The notes under the pieces are model-generated. The model was not told where the DNA came from and did no database searches. It saw nothing but the letters and a program-made list of their open reading frames with translations. Positions 40,175 to 53,688 of a DNA stretch of 64,000 nt are shown one piece after another. This DNA is from Octopus vulgaris (lineage: Eukaryota), in assembly GCA_951406725.2 (NCBI GenBank), contig OX597826.1:54312001-54376000 (forward strand), written 5' to 3'. The number at the start of each line of letters is the position of its first letter. Position 1 is the stretch's first letter. A program made the position numbers and the translations under genes.

Positions 40175-40590
40175 TTTTACTCTTTTACTCTTTTACTTGT
40201 TTCAGTCATTTGACTGCGGCCATGCTGGAGCACCGCCTTTAGTCGAGCAAATCGACCCCGGGACTTATTCTTTGTAAGCCCAGTACTTATTCTCTTTTGC
40301 CGAACCGCTAAGTGACGGGGACGTAAACACACCAGCATCGGTTGTCAAGCAATGCTAGAGGGACAAACACAGACACACAAACATATACACACACATACAT
40401 ATATATATATATATACATATATACGACAGGCTTCTTTCAGTTTCCGTCTACCAAATCTACTCACAAGGCTTTGGTCGGCCCGAAGCTATAGCAGAAGACA
40501 CTTGCCCAAGATGCCACGCAATGGGACTGAACCCGGAACCATGTGGCTGGTTAGCAAGCTACTTACCACACAGCCACTCCTGCGCCTATA
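40175..40590 (-). mobile_element. SINE group D, full length, low divergence
   Basis: Head (RC) AGGCGCAGGAGTGGCTGTGTGGTAAG..GGGTTCAGTCCC; internal TA/CA tract at 40365-40422; tail GGCGGTGCTCCAGCATGGCCGCAGTCAAATGACTGAAACAAG-(TAAAAGAG)n. Confidence 0.92.
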
Positions 40591-41450
40591 GATATATATT
40601 CTTCGTGTTTTATCCGTGAGACTGCCCAAAGTTAGTAACTCTTGGTAGCAAATAAAATCTGTTATGGTCCGAATGAAGTATAAAACCTGCGCTGAGTTAG
40701 TAGTATCAGTTGATTCAGCCAAAGCGATTGAATAATATATTTTTTGGGGTGGTGGATATTGTATGAAGTTGTTCTGTTACGTTGAGGGTTAATTCATGCT
40801 GCTGAAAGAGGCAGGTGTTTGTACACGGAAACCATATCGGGGTCTAAGCATTCTATAACTTCGATAATGCAATTTTTACGATTTCCACATCGCTGACAGG
40901 CTTCATTTCCCCCACCCCACCCCGAGTCTCTAAGCTTCAGAGACATTATTTCCACAACTGTCTTTGTTTTTGCTTTTCATCCTTGAATTTCTGCAATGCA
41001 ACTTTTCGCGCCCCTCCCCTCTAATCTGAAATATTTGTGGTCCTTATAAGTGGCATAAAGATGAAGAGCATTATTTCAAAGCAAGTTAATTATCGTATCT
41101 TTAGCAGACAAAAAATAGTATTACAGTTTCCAATCCTCATTAAAACCCGTTTACTTCTTTCTTCTTTGATACGATGGAGTGTTAAGCAGACAGAATTTTT
41201 TAAAATAAGTAAAATAAAGTAAAATAAATACGCGGATACGGTCAGGCTGTGCAACTATTCACAAATTCCACGATGACTGATAAATTACATGTGGTTATTG
41301 ACGATTTAAAGTCTATTCTCGGCATATTTGGCATTGGAATTGTTTTTCTTTTGCCCTTGTTTATAAGTTGTTTATAAATTTAACCTTATAACGTAGTTTT
41401 TAATATGCTGGCCACTGATAAATTTGTTTTGAAAATTTTATCCTATATTA

Positions 41451-41493
<43 letters not shown>

Positions 41494-41497
41494 AAAA

Positions 41498-41790
41498 TAC
41501 AAAGTGGGACAAGGACGCAAAACATCAGGACAACTAGGTGATACAAAATGGGACAACAAATTATCCAGATAGGCGATACAAAAAGACAAGAACGAGTTAT
41601 TCGAAGCTTTTTATCCTTAGTCAAGAAGCAGATCATCCTCACAATTTCGGCTGATTAATCTTGAGATTGCTCCAATCTGGCCAGCCCCAAGGAAAAACTA
41701 AGCTAAGAGCATTAGATTCCTTGGAAGAAAGCATCGAATGTATACGAAAATAATGACGGAAAACAGACAATGTTACACAAATATAAATAC
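41498..41790 (-). repeat. Interspersed repeat family E
   Basis: Close match to 7303-7510. Confidence 0.8.
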
Positions 41791-42388
41791 AATATAAACA
41801 CAAATATAAATGCAATATAAATACGTATGTGTATGTATATACATATACTCATATACGCATACAAATATATAAGATGAGTGTTGTAGTTCGCTTCAAGTAT
41901 TGTAGTACAAGTGTTGAATAAGTTAATGAGAAATGAGGAAACCTTCTAACAATGGAGAAAGTTTAAAAAAAAAAACATTTATACTTCGGAGGCAAAAGCA
42001 TGTCTTCAGAAGGATACAGTCAAAGAAATGTGTGTCTGCTCAGATCCTGCAATTTTGGATTGCCGGATGATCTATGAATCCGTTTTAGTCCCAGCCTTGT
42101 GCTAGTAGCAGTAGCAGCTCCGAAATTGATTGTGTTGTTTGGTGCTGTGCCGTAAAGGTCACAAGGAGGGCGGTGGTGGAAATCTGGGTGTAGGTTGGTA
42201 TAAGTGGTGGTGTAGGCGGTTCACTACTACTGCACATCATCGAGTACTTTATTCTAAATGGCTGGACACACACACACACACACACAAACACACACATGCA
42301 TATACACGTACACACATACACACATATATATCTCTATATCCTTGAAAGGTCTCACTGAATAATATGTATCCAAATCCTGAGTAACTCC

Positions 42389-42751
42389 TTTTATTGCTCC
42401 CGCTTTAGCGAAGACGGAGGTATTATTTCAGTAGTGCTTGTTTGTTTGTCCACAGACAAGATATCTCAAGAACCGCTGAATGGATTCGGATGAAACTTTC
42501 AGGGATGTTCGGCCTCATGACTGGCACGAACTGATTAGATTTTGGGAACGATCCGAATTATGGATTATTTTTCCTGTTTTTTTTTTCTTTACTTAATTTT
42601 TGAGAGCGGTCGGGTTCATTTTTAGTATTGTCGTTCGTGAGAGCAGTCGAGTTTATTTCAGATATTCTTATTTTAAACATCTCTTGTTTAATCGTTGAGA
42701 GGACGTTGATGTTGCCTTGGCGGAGGTTTGCACTCTCTGAGTGCTCTTGTT
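42389..42751 (+). mobile_element. Non-autonomous Helentron/HINE (DINE-1-like) element
   Basis: 5' TTATT.CTCC.GC...GACGGAGGT, short (TGTT)n, ATATCTCAAGAAC..TGGATTCGGATGAAACTTT; 3' subterminal GGCGGAGGT followed by hairpin GCACTC-tct-GAGTGC and TT. Confidence 0.75.
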
Positions 42752-44471
42752 AAGATACAAATTCTGTAGACCATTGCAAAATTTATACATACGCATGTGG
42801 ATATACAGTTGATTTTTAGTAGATTGAAAGTTTGCAGGTTCTCTCCCTTGTCTCTCTTGAGAATATGTTTTCATTAACGCTATAAAATGTTTATCTCATT
42901 AGGATTTCTGTATCAATTAATTAAAAAGAATTTCAGTTCATACCTCAAATTATGTAGCAAGTATTTAACAACAAGACTTTACAAGCCTATTGGTTTGCGT
43001 GAATGTATGTATGTATGTATGTATGTATGTATGTATGTATGTATGTATGTATGTATGTATGTATGTATGTATGTATGCATGCATGCATGCATGCATGTAT
43101 GTATGCATGTATGAATGTTTTTGTGTGAGTGTGTTTATGTCTATGCGTCGTGTACTCGTTTATGTATGTATATACATCCATATATATTATACACACACAT
43201 ACGCACACACTCACACACACACACGCATACATATGTATGTTCCCCTTTCACTTTTCCTCCCTCTTTCTATACACACTCACAAGCATATACATATAGTTGT
43301 ATGTGTAGAACACAGACATACAAATATTAATTGCGTGGGTCGGTGCGTGCACGTATACATTTATGTTTGTATGCTTCTGTCTGTACATACATACATACAT
43401 ACATACATAATACATACATACATACATACATACACACATACATGCATACACACACACATACACACACGCGCGGATATACATACTCACACAAATAACCTTT
43501 CAGAAGAACGTACTAAAAGTAGATTTAATTCAGAATGTGTAGTGTAAGAACGCAAGTTCTCACTTCTTCTCTGCCAGGCTGTTTGCTAAAGCATGAAGCG
43601 GTTTTGCTTAATAAAATATTCTAGGAAAGCCGATTATCCAATGAGATGCTGATGTTGCAGTTGAAGCCTGCTGCTGTCTGTAATAATAAGTCAAATTGAG
43701 TCTTCAAATGTGACATATTAATTGATGAGTATTTTCTCTGTTACGGACGTTTGAACATGGCAGCTTCGCCTCTCAGATGTGGACATTTGGCGCTCGGTCC
43801 TCCCTTTATAACCGACGAGAAAATGACAGACGTATATCTATGTATGTATATGTATGGTGTATGGGCATTTGTGCATGATTGTTTGTGTGTGTATATACAC
43901 ATATATGTGTGCGCGTGTATGTATGTGTGTGTGAATGTGTGTGTTCGTATGTGTGTATGTGCATATGTGTATGTGTATGTGTTCGTCTGTGTGTGTGTCC
44001 GTCTGTATGTGTGTACATATAATTATATGGTTATATTAAGCATATCTGAGTTGTACATACATACATACATACATACATACATACATACATACATACATAC
44101 ATACGTACGTATGTATGCATGTATATAGATATACATACATATATACACATGCATGTATACCCACACACACACACATAAATATGTATATAAATGTTTTCTT
44201 CTTTATATTTAGTTACACACATGTAGTTATATATGCAATCAATATATATTTATGTATATGCAAGCATTTATAGCATGTATATATGTTTGAATATATTCAT
44301 ATATATACATGCATGTATATGGATATTTATATATATATATATATATATGTATGTATATGTATATGTATGTATGTATGTATGTATGAATATACATATATAC
44401 ATATACGCATGCTTGAATATATATATATGCATTATGCATACATATATGTATGTACATACACACACATACAC

Positions 44472-44536
<65 letters not shown>

Positions 44537-45185
44537 CACATGCACATACATACACACACACACAAATGCATACACACATATATATACACCTGCATATACG
44601 TGAAAATATGCATATATATGCATGCACAGGGATGCATACGAGCAAAATACGTTATACAAGTACAATGCAGAACAGAAACGGACATAGAGTGATAAAAATA
44701 GAGAAAGAAAGGCGGAAATTTAGTATAGTTCACACACACACACACACACTCACACACACATACACACACACACATCCACTCATACGCACACACACACGCA
44801 CGCACACTCCTCCACTCATACACACTATTTGTCTCTGTCTCTGTCTTTCCCTCTCTCTCCCTCTCTCTCATACACACACGTAAGCATGCAGAGCTTACCT
44901 GTCATTCAATGGCCACTATTATAATGAATTACGAAATTACAGTCAATTATAGTCTGTTGGAAATTTCAAAGCTTAGTCACAGAGGACATGATTCGCCATA
45001 TATTGCAAATTCCTTTATCTAGAGAGAAATCCAGCAGGATCCATGTAGAGATTGCATCGTCTTCCAGAATTCTGATTCGTATTTACTAACCTTATGTCGT
45101 TGCCGTTGTCTCGTTGTTGTTTAGCTCCAAATCGGCCTTCATCGAATAGACATTATGATCATAAGTATTGAAACCAAGTATTGCG

Positions 45186-45262
<77 letters not shown>

Positions 45263-45280
45263 ATAATAATAATAATAATT

Positions 45281-45545
45281 GTGTACAGTGCTCAGGTGCA
45301 CTACAACTCATCTAAAGTGTATATATAATCAGGTGTAGTTTCGGCGGATTTCGGAAAGCATGAGGGCCTTAAAGGATGCAGTGTCATGGCAATCAACAAC
45401 TGACGCAGGCAGTTTATTCCATGCTTCAGCAACTCTGAGCGTGAAAAAATGTTTCCGAAAGTCATGGGAGCTGTGTTGTCTTCTGACTTTGTAGGCATGT
45501 CCACGTGTGTTAGACGCATGGAGATCAAAAAAGTGTTCAGTGTTG
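45281..45545 (-). mobile_element. CR1-clade LINE 3' end
   Basis: Minus strand TRGHAYKVRRQHSSHDFRKHFFTLRVAEAWNKLPASVVDCHDTASFKA; ends at (ATT)n/(AGT)n. Confidence 0.85.
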
Positions 45546-45645
45546 TTGGAAGAGATAATCTAGTATGGCCTCTTGTAAGAAAACAGGGCGTACTTCGAGG
45601 GAGATTCGGGATTAGGATGTTATTTCTAGTAGGTCTAGTGTCCAT

Positions 45646-45980
45646 GTGAAGGCGCTTGGCTCAGTGGTTAGAGCGTTGGGGTTACTGTCATGAGGTAGTG
45701 TGTTGGATTTCCCGACTGGATTGTGTGTTGTGTTCTTGAGCAAGACTCTTTATTTCACGTTGCTCCAGTTCACGCAGCTGTAATGATTTACAACGTCACT
45801 GGTGCCAAGCTGTATCGGCCTTTGCCGTTTCCTAGGATAACATCGGTGGCGTGGAGAGGGGAGGCTGGTATGCATGAGCAACCGGCAGCCTTCCATAAAC
45901 AACTTTGCAAGGACTTGTGCTTAAGAGGGAAACTTTCTAGGTGCAATCCAGTGGTCATCCACGACCGAAGTGGGTCGTTT
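45646..45980 (+). mobile_element. SINE group B (copy B3) with its own 3' module
   Basis: B head and core, then CAACGTCACTGGTGCCAAGC...GGAAACTTTCTAGGTGCAATCC; possible TSD TAG(T/A)GTCCA. Confidence 0.82.
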
Positions 45981-46109
45981 TTAGAGTCCAAATAGAGACC
46001 TATTACTGTGTCTGATGGTTGTGTTGGTGGTGTTTTACTCCTGGAGATACTTGGTCAAATTGGCTTATAATCAAAGATATTCACTGTTTTAGAGGTACCG
46101 AAATGTAAT

Positions 46110-46460
46110 GACGTTTTTTAAAAGTATATCGTATGACGTCATGCAACAAGAGGATCCGCATGAAAATGTCGAGGATTTATTCCAGAGGTTTAACAAACCT
46201 TGGTCTACTGTGTAAAAGCATCTCAGGCAGAATGGGAAAGTGTATATTGAGGGACGTAAGTACCTCATGAACTGTCTCCCGAGAAAAAGGGCCACAGTCA
46301 GCGAAGATAACCCAAGAAAAAAATAAATCCATTGGGTTGGAAAGCTCTAGCTTACCATCCCTACTCACCAGACCTAGCACCAGGAAGTTTTTGTCTGAGA
46401 TACATTACCAGTGCAAAATCACTCTGAAGCAAGAGGATTTTAAAACGGTATTCAAAACAA
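46110..46460 (+). mobile_element. Internally deleted mariner transposase pseudogene
   Basis: EDPHENVEDLFQRFNKPWSTV.KHL...VPHELS joined to KITQEKI..LGW..LAYHPYSPDLAP (WVPHEL and YSPDLAP motifs). Confidence 0.85.
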
Positions 46461-46574
46461 TTTTAATGTTCTAAAGAGCCCGCCCGCCCTCTTTTTATTT
46501 TTTTACCCGAAGAATCAAAAAACTGGTTTCGAGGGGGGGGGGGGAATGTTATTGCTAACGATGCGAATTTTTTT

Positions 46575-46890
46575 TCACTTTGAATGCTTTTCCTTGCACC
46601 TCACGCAAAAAGGAAAACGTACAAAAGTGCTTGATGCGTCTCTTTGCTCTGTTTGGATTGCTAAAAGTTACTGTATCAGACAACGCATCTGAATTTACAA
46701 CATCGAAAGGTTGCTTATCGACCCTTGGCATAAAGAGCATATATATACACCTACATACCATCCACAGTCAAATGGGCAAGCCGAGCGAGCTGTCCAAACC
46801 ATCAAACATACCTTATCCGCATTGAATCCTGTCACTAACGATTGGTATCGCTATTCACAGAGAGTTCTACTCAATCATCGATCTTCACCA
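46575..46890 (+). mobile_element. Gypsy/Ty3-type integrase core fragment (frameshifted)
   Basis: LFALFGL...TVSDNASEFT...LGIK../YHPQSNGQAERAVQTIKHTL. Confidence 0.85.
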
Positions 46891-47120
46891 GGCGGGAAAG
46901 CTGCTTCTCCGGGGGGGAAAAGTTATTCGGAAGATCATTACGAATAAGACCCACTGAATCGACTTTCTTATAGAGGTGGCGCGTGTCGTGTGTTGAACTC
47001 CTAATCAATACATAATGTTGTACATTTGTTTAAATAATTAAAAACCGCCGGTCACATGGCATACATGTGTTTTGTGTGTATTTGTCCGGTTTTTTTTTCT
47101 TTCTATATCTTGCAATCAGA

Positions 47121-47733
47121 AAAGCGGCGAGCTGACAGAAATGTTAGCACACCGAGCGAAATGCTTATGGGTATTTCGTCTGCCGTTACGTTCTGAGTTC
47201 AAATTCCGCCGAGGTCGATTTTGCTTTTCAACCTTTCAGGGTCGATAAATTTAGTACCAGTTATGCACTGGGGTCGATATAATCGACTTAATCCGTTTGT
47301 CTGTCCTTGTTTGTCCCCTCTGTGTTTAGCCCCTTGTGGGCAATAAAGAAATAAGGAACGTTAGCACGCCAAGTGAAATGCTTAGCGGTATTTCGTCTGT
47401 CTTTTCATTCTGCGTTCAAATTCCGCCGAGGTCGACTTTGCCTTTCATCCTTTCGGGTTCGATTAAATAAGTACCAGTTACGCACTTGGTCGATGTAATC
47501 GACTTAATCCGTTTGTCTGTCCTTGTTTGCTCCCTCTATGTTTAGCCTCTTGTGAGTAATAAAGAAATAGGTATTTCGTCTCTCTTTACGTTCTGAGTTC
47601 AAATTCCGCTGAGGTCGACTTTGCCTTTCATCCTTTCGGAATCGATAAATTAAGTACCAGTTGCGTACTGTGGTCGATCTAATTGACTGGCCCCTCTCCA
47701 AATATTTCGGGCCTTGTGCCTAGAGTAGAAAAT
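47121..47733 (+). mobile_element. SINE group A, three-unit nested array
   Basis: Junctions AAAGAAATAAG|GAACGTTAGC (~47355) and AAAGAAATAG|GTATTTCGTC (47570/47571); last unit has the short tail. Confidence 0.9.
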
Positions 47734-47994
47734 TATATATTGCAATCAAAATTAAAGGGGACACACACTTGATTTCATCTCTACAGGATTATGGTTGATG
47801 TTGTTATCCCTTTTCTTACGTGCTGCTGGCGAGATAGAGATAGAAATTCACAATTTATGGCTATGTGATCCTTGTTGCTATATTTGTGTTTAGAAATAAG
47901 CAAATTACAAAACTTAACATTTTCAATGCATTGTGTTGTTTTGAATTTACTCCATGAAACGAAACATTATTTTTCGGTATCTTCTCTTATATTT

Positions 47995-48380
47995 TGCTTG
48001 TTTCAATCATTTGGACTGCGGCAATCCAGGAGCGCCACCCAGAAGGGTTTTAGTCGAACAAATCGGCCTCAGTACTTGTGATATTTTCTATTTGGCCGAC
48101 CGCTAAGTTACGGGGGTCGTAAGCAAACAAACACCGGTTGTCAAGCTGTGGTAGGGGAAAACGTACACACATATGCATTCGTTCATACATACAAACATAC
48201 GCATATACATACACATACATACGTAGATGCTTGCACACACACCTATATATACGACGGGCTTCTTTCAGTTTCCATATACCAAATCCACTCACAAGGCTTT
48301 AGTCAGCCCGGAGCTAGAGCAGAAAATACTGAACCCGGAATCATATTGTTGGAAAGCAAACTTTCTATCACTCAGTCACC
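47995..48380 (-). mobile_element. SINE group D (degenerate)
   Basis: Tail, body and head motifs as in 40175-40590. Confidence 0.75.
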
Positions 48381-48635
48381 CCTAATTTCGTCATAATTTA
48401 AAAAGGAGAGAGATATAACAGGTATTTCTAGCATAGCTAGTGTCCACGTAGAGACTTACTTAGACCTGTTTAAGTTGACTAATAAACAAAAGACGTTTCA
48501 ATCGTGACCACTCCGACTTTTTTGTTTAATAGTGCTCTTCTCTGTTTTAGAAGGAAGGTGATCAAGATGATTACTTTAGCAGTTCGAACGACCGCGTCAT
48601 TTCAGAAAGTGTTTTTGCTTCTATATATAAATATA

Positions 48636-48715
<80 letters not shown>

Positions 48716-48792
48716 GTCTGTCTGTCTGTCTGCCTGCCTGTCTGTCTGCCTGCCTGCCTGTCTGTCTGCCTGTCTGTCTGTCTGCCTGTCTG

Positions 48793-48858
<66 letters not shown>

Positions 48859-49819
48859 CATCTATCTATCAATCTATCTATCTATCTGTCTATCTGTCTG
48901 TCTGTCTGCCTACTTACCTGCCTGCCTACCTGCCTGTTTGTCTGCCTGCCTACCTGTTTGTCTCTCTGTCTGTCTGTCACTCTGTCTGTCTGTACATATA
49001 TACCCTCTGTCCTTTTTACTCCTGTAAAAATTCTACGCTCGTGTTTAAATAAATATATATGTGTCATAATCTGACATGATACTAGTTATCTGCCTGTTTA
49101 TGCTTTTATTCTGCTATACACCTACCTGTTCAATTGCGACACTGCCTAAAGCTAATCGTCATTAGGCCGCTTTAACATATCTGCATTTTCAGTCGCAGTT
49201 GATGTTGGAGTTTAGGCAGCAGATTGCCTAAGAACTAAATATATGCACCTATTACGTCATCAGATTAAATATTACGTGAAATTTATATCTACATAAATGT
49301 GTGTATATATATATATGTAAATATGTGTATGTTTTTCTCGCTCTATCTATTTGTCAGTCTGTGTATCTGGGTACAAATATTGCATTAATTTTCATATATA
49401 TTCCTGTAGATGCGTACATAACTTGCTGTGCATGTATGCGAAACTGTGTGGTTTTTGGGTGTCTATATGTGTGTGTGTGTGTTTATGTGTGTGTGTGTGG
49501 GTGTGCGTCTGTAGAGCCATGTACGTATTTGAATCTGTAGATGCGTGAATGTGCGTATGAACGTGCGTATGGAAAAAGAAATTCTTACAACTGATAAAAC
49601 ATTCTTGTTTCCAAGTAAACTATCCGAACGATGAAAGAACTGGCATTACGTCAACAAGAATTAATAATAATAATAATAAAAAAAAATCAAACAACAACAG
49701 TATTCGAAGCACATACCATATATCCATATATTTGTATTTATACACACACTCACACACACACACACACACACACACCAAAGATTATGAGTACACAGACATA
49801 GAGGTACACATACGTCGGC

Positions 49820-49858
<39 letters not shown>

Positions 49859-50118
49859 TTCGAGTATGATGCACAAGAACATCTAGAATCATTCATAGAC
49901 AAAAACTGCATATATGAACGTATATATATGTATATGTATCTGTCTGTGTGTTGTGTTAAGTATATTTATGCATGTATGTATAAATATTATATATTTCTTA
50001 TATATTTCTTATGGATGTAGCAGGGGAAATTGATATGGTTTCTTGCTATTATTTTGTTGTAATTTTGTTAGCTGCTTTCTTTCTGTTATCAGTTTAATTA
50101 TGTGTATGTGATATATAC

Positions 50119-50199
<81 letters not shown>

Positions 50200-50681
50200 T
50201 ACATGAACATTCATAAAAACATAAATATGTAGACACATGCACAAACATATATTCACGTACATGTACTCAAACGCAGATACACACACATATGTAGCTATAT
50301 ATGTATATACACACACCACATATACACACACGTATAAATTTCTTCTTCCATTTTAATCCCGCCTTAACTTACCATAGTGTATATTTTTTACATCTTAGCT
50401 CCATCAGCCAAGAATGTGACAGATAAAACTGAAATCACACCTTCAGTAGGGAAATATTTTGGATTTATGTTATAGTTTTGGCTTTTCATTTTAGATCAGA
50501 GAGAGAGAGAGAGAGAAGGGGGAGAGATGAGGGAGAGAGTGAGAGAGAGAAAGATGAGAGAGATGAGAGAAGGGACATGAATTTCCTTCTAAACTGCCAA
50601 AGTCTAATCAACGTCGAGCTTGGAAGTTAGGGATTGTGTTTGTCAAGAGATGGAGGAAGAAATATAGAAAGACAGACAGAC

Positions 50682-50726
<45 letters not shown>

Positions 50727-50947
50727 TAGATTGACTAACAGACAGACAGACATGTAGATATATATAGGCAAGCAAACAGACAGACAGACAGATCGACTGA
50801 CTGAGTGACAGACAGACAGACAGATAGATTGATAAATTGACGGACAGCAAGATACTTTATTAGATATACAAATGGGCAGAGAGGTAGCTGGGTCGCTAGA
50901 GAAAGAGAAAGTCAGAGGCAGAGAAAGATTGGCGCGCTCGCGCACGG

Positions 50948-51033
<86 letters not shown>

Positions 51034-51148
51034 ACATATACGGACTGATAAATAGCTGGATGGATGGAAGGACGGACAGTCGGACGGATAGAGAAGTACA
51101 TAGGCTATATGATAGATAAATATATATATACATACATACATGCATACA

Positions 51149-51182
<34 letters not shown>

Positions 51183-51744
51183 CATACATACATACATACA
51201 CACATACATACACACATGTCAACATATGTACATGCATAATACATACATGTATACATACATAAATGTTTACATACATAAATGGATACATACACACATACAT
51301 ACATGGATAATACATACAAACATATGTACATACGTACGTACATACATACATACAAACTTACATGTATGTGTGCATATAAACATACATGCATAATGCATAC
51401 ATGCATGCATGCATACATAGATACATACATGCATACAGACACACATACATGCATACATACATGTATACATAAATACATGCATACAAACATACTTGCATGC
51501 GTACATGCATACATAGCTGCATACATGCATACATACATACATACATACATACATACAGAAATACATATATACATACATACATGCATACATACACGCATAT
51601 ATACATAAATACATGCATATACACATACTTCCATAGATATTTCGTTTGGTAGACAGAGAATCAGAAAGACAAAGAAATAAATTGAAAGATAAAGATAGAT
51701 AGATAGATTGACAGTTAGAAAGATAGATAGAGTGTGTGATAGAT

Positions 51745-51793
<49 letters not shown>

Positions 51794-52110
51794 GAGAGAG
51801 GGAGAGGGAGAGAGAGGAAGAGAGACGGAGACAGAGAAGGCGTATTGAAATTCGATGTCAGAATAATTCGACAATGAAAATTCATGGAAAAGAGAAGGAG
51901 AAAAAGAGAGAGAGGAACAATAAAAGTATAGAAAAATGAAGGTGATGAGAGAGATTGAGAGAGAGAAAGTGAAAGACTAAGAGAAATTCGTGGGGAGAAT
52001 AATGAGGAGAGTAAGGGAGGAAGAAGAGAATGCGCGTGAGAATATGAGCGCGCATGTGCGAGTCTGTGTGAGTTTGAGCGTGAGTGTATGTCTGTATGAG
52101 TGTGTGTGTG

Positions 52111-52143
<33 letters not shown>

Positions 52144-52425
52144 TGTGTGTGTGTGGTGACACATATTCATACAGACACGCATACACACAGACAAAAACAT
52201 GAATTCTTGAGAATAAGAAACTGCATTTGTCCAGTAATAGTCATTGCTTTTATAAATCCATCCATCCATCCATCCATCCATACATGCATACAAGCGTGTG
52301 TGTGTGTATGTATACACACATACACACTCGACCATACACACATATATATACATGTAATTATATGTATACATGTGTGTATATATATGTATATATGTATAAG
52401 TATATATATGTATATACATGTATGC

Positions 52426-52458
<33 letters not shown>

Positions 52459-53051
52459 TACATATACATATATTTACATATGCATACATATACATATATA
52501 TGCATATATATATATACATATGTATATATACATGCATACATATATATACATACTTACATATATATATACATGCATATATATGTGCATATATATCTATCTA
52601 TATACATATGCATTTGTCTCTGTATCCGTCTTTCTCTACATGTTGCATTTTAAGTATGCATATATATATTTATACCACAACATATATAAATACATGCACA
52701 AATATTTTTATTATACCATAATTACACAGTAGTAAAAGACTATTGTGATATTTTTTCATATCGTCAAAGTTCCGCAAACTACTATTTTTCTTATTGACAA
52801 CGTTACAATGCTTTATAGAAAAGACAAAATGTCGTCAGGTTTATGTTGGAGAGCAGATGATACTATATTTCATACTTAGATGTCAAGCTGTGTAGTAGTG
52901 AGTTTAGTTCTTAGTAGCAGATGGTATTATATAATATATAGTATACTTATATGCAATATTATATGCAATGTAGCAGGCAGTCCTATTGTTGCGCATATAC
53001 GCACTTTTCTAGTAGTTGCAACAGTATAGAGGTCTTAAAAAATATATATAT

Positions 53052-53160
53052 TCTTTTCTACTGTAGGCACAGGGCCCGAAATTTTCGGGGTGTGGAGGCC
53101 AGTCGATTAGATCGACACCAGTACGCAACTGGTACTTAATTTATCGACCCCGAAAGGATG
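53052..53160 (-). mobile_element. SINE group A short-tail 3' half, truncated where C5 begins
   Basis: AGGCACAGGGCCCGAAATTTT...GGTACTTAATTTATCGACCCCGAAAGGATG. Confidence 0.8.
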
Positions 53161-53162
53161 TA

Positions 53163-53443
53163 CAATGGCCTAGTGGTTAGGGCAGCGGACTCGTGGTCGT
53201 AGGATCGCGGTTTCGATTCACAGACCAGAGCGAAAACACATAAAGCTCCACGAGGCTCCGGCAGGGGGTGGTGGCGATCCCTGCTGTACTCTTTCGCCAC
53301 AACTTTCTCTCACTCTTTCTTCTGTTGGCCTGCTCGCTTAGCCAGCGGGATGGCGTCATTTGAAGGCTAAAACAATGCGAAGCGCATTGTGACCAGCGAT
53401 GTGTAACAACATCTGATGGCCTGGTCGGTCACGGTGACGGTGA
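53163..53443 (+). mobile_element. SINE group C (copy C5) with a fifth 3' module, ending at (TA)n
   Basis: C head and body; tail TGGCCTGCTCGCTTAGCCAGCGGG...GGCCTGGTCGGTCACGGTGA. Confidence 0.87.
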
Positions 53444-53470
53444 ATATATATATATATATATATATAAATA

Positions 53471-53582
53471 AAAGACGCATTGAAATATCTACCTGCTAGA
53501 AATAAGAGTTAAAAGCCTCATTTGGTCCTAATGAGGGTTTCAGCTCTTATTTCTAGCGGGTAGGCATTTCAGTATGTCCTTT
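53471..53582. repeat. ~52-bp imperfect inverted repeat with 7-nt loop
   Basis: Left arm AAAGACGCATTGAAATATCTACCTGCTAGAAATAAGAGTTAAAAGCCTCATT versus RC of right arm AAAGGACATACTGAAATGCCTACCCGCTAGAAATAAGAGCTGAAACCCTCATT. Confidence 0.85.
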
Positions 53583-53688
53583 GATTAATATATTCTATAA
53601 CTATATAACGCTGATTCAGGCCTGCAATCACCTATATTAATATTGTTATTATTGACTATTTATATTGACTTCAATAATAATAACAATA

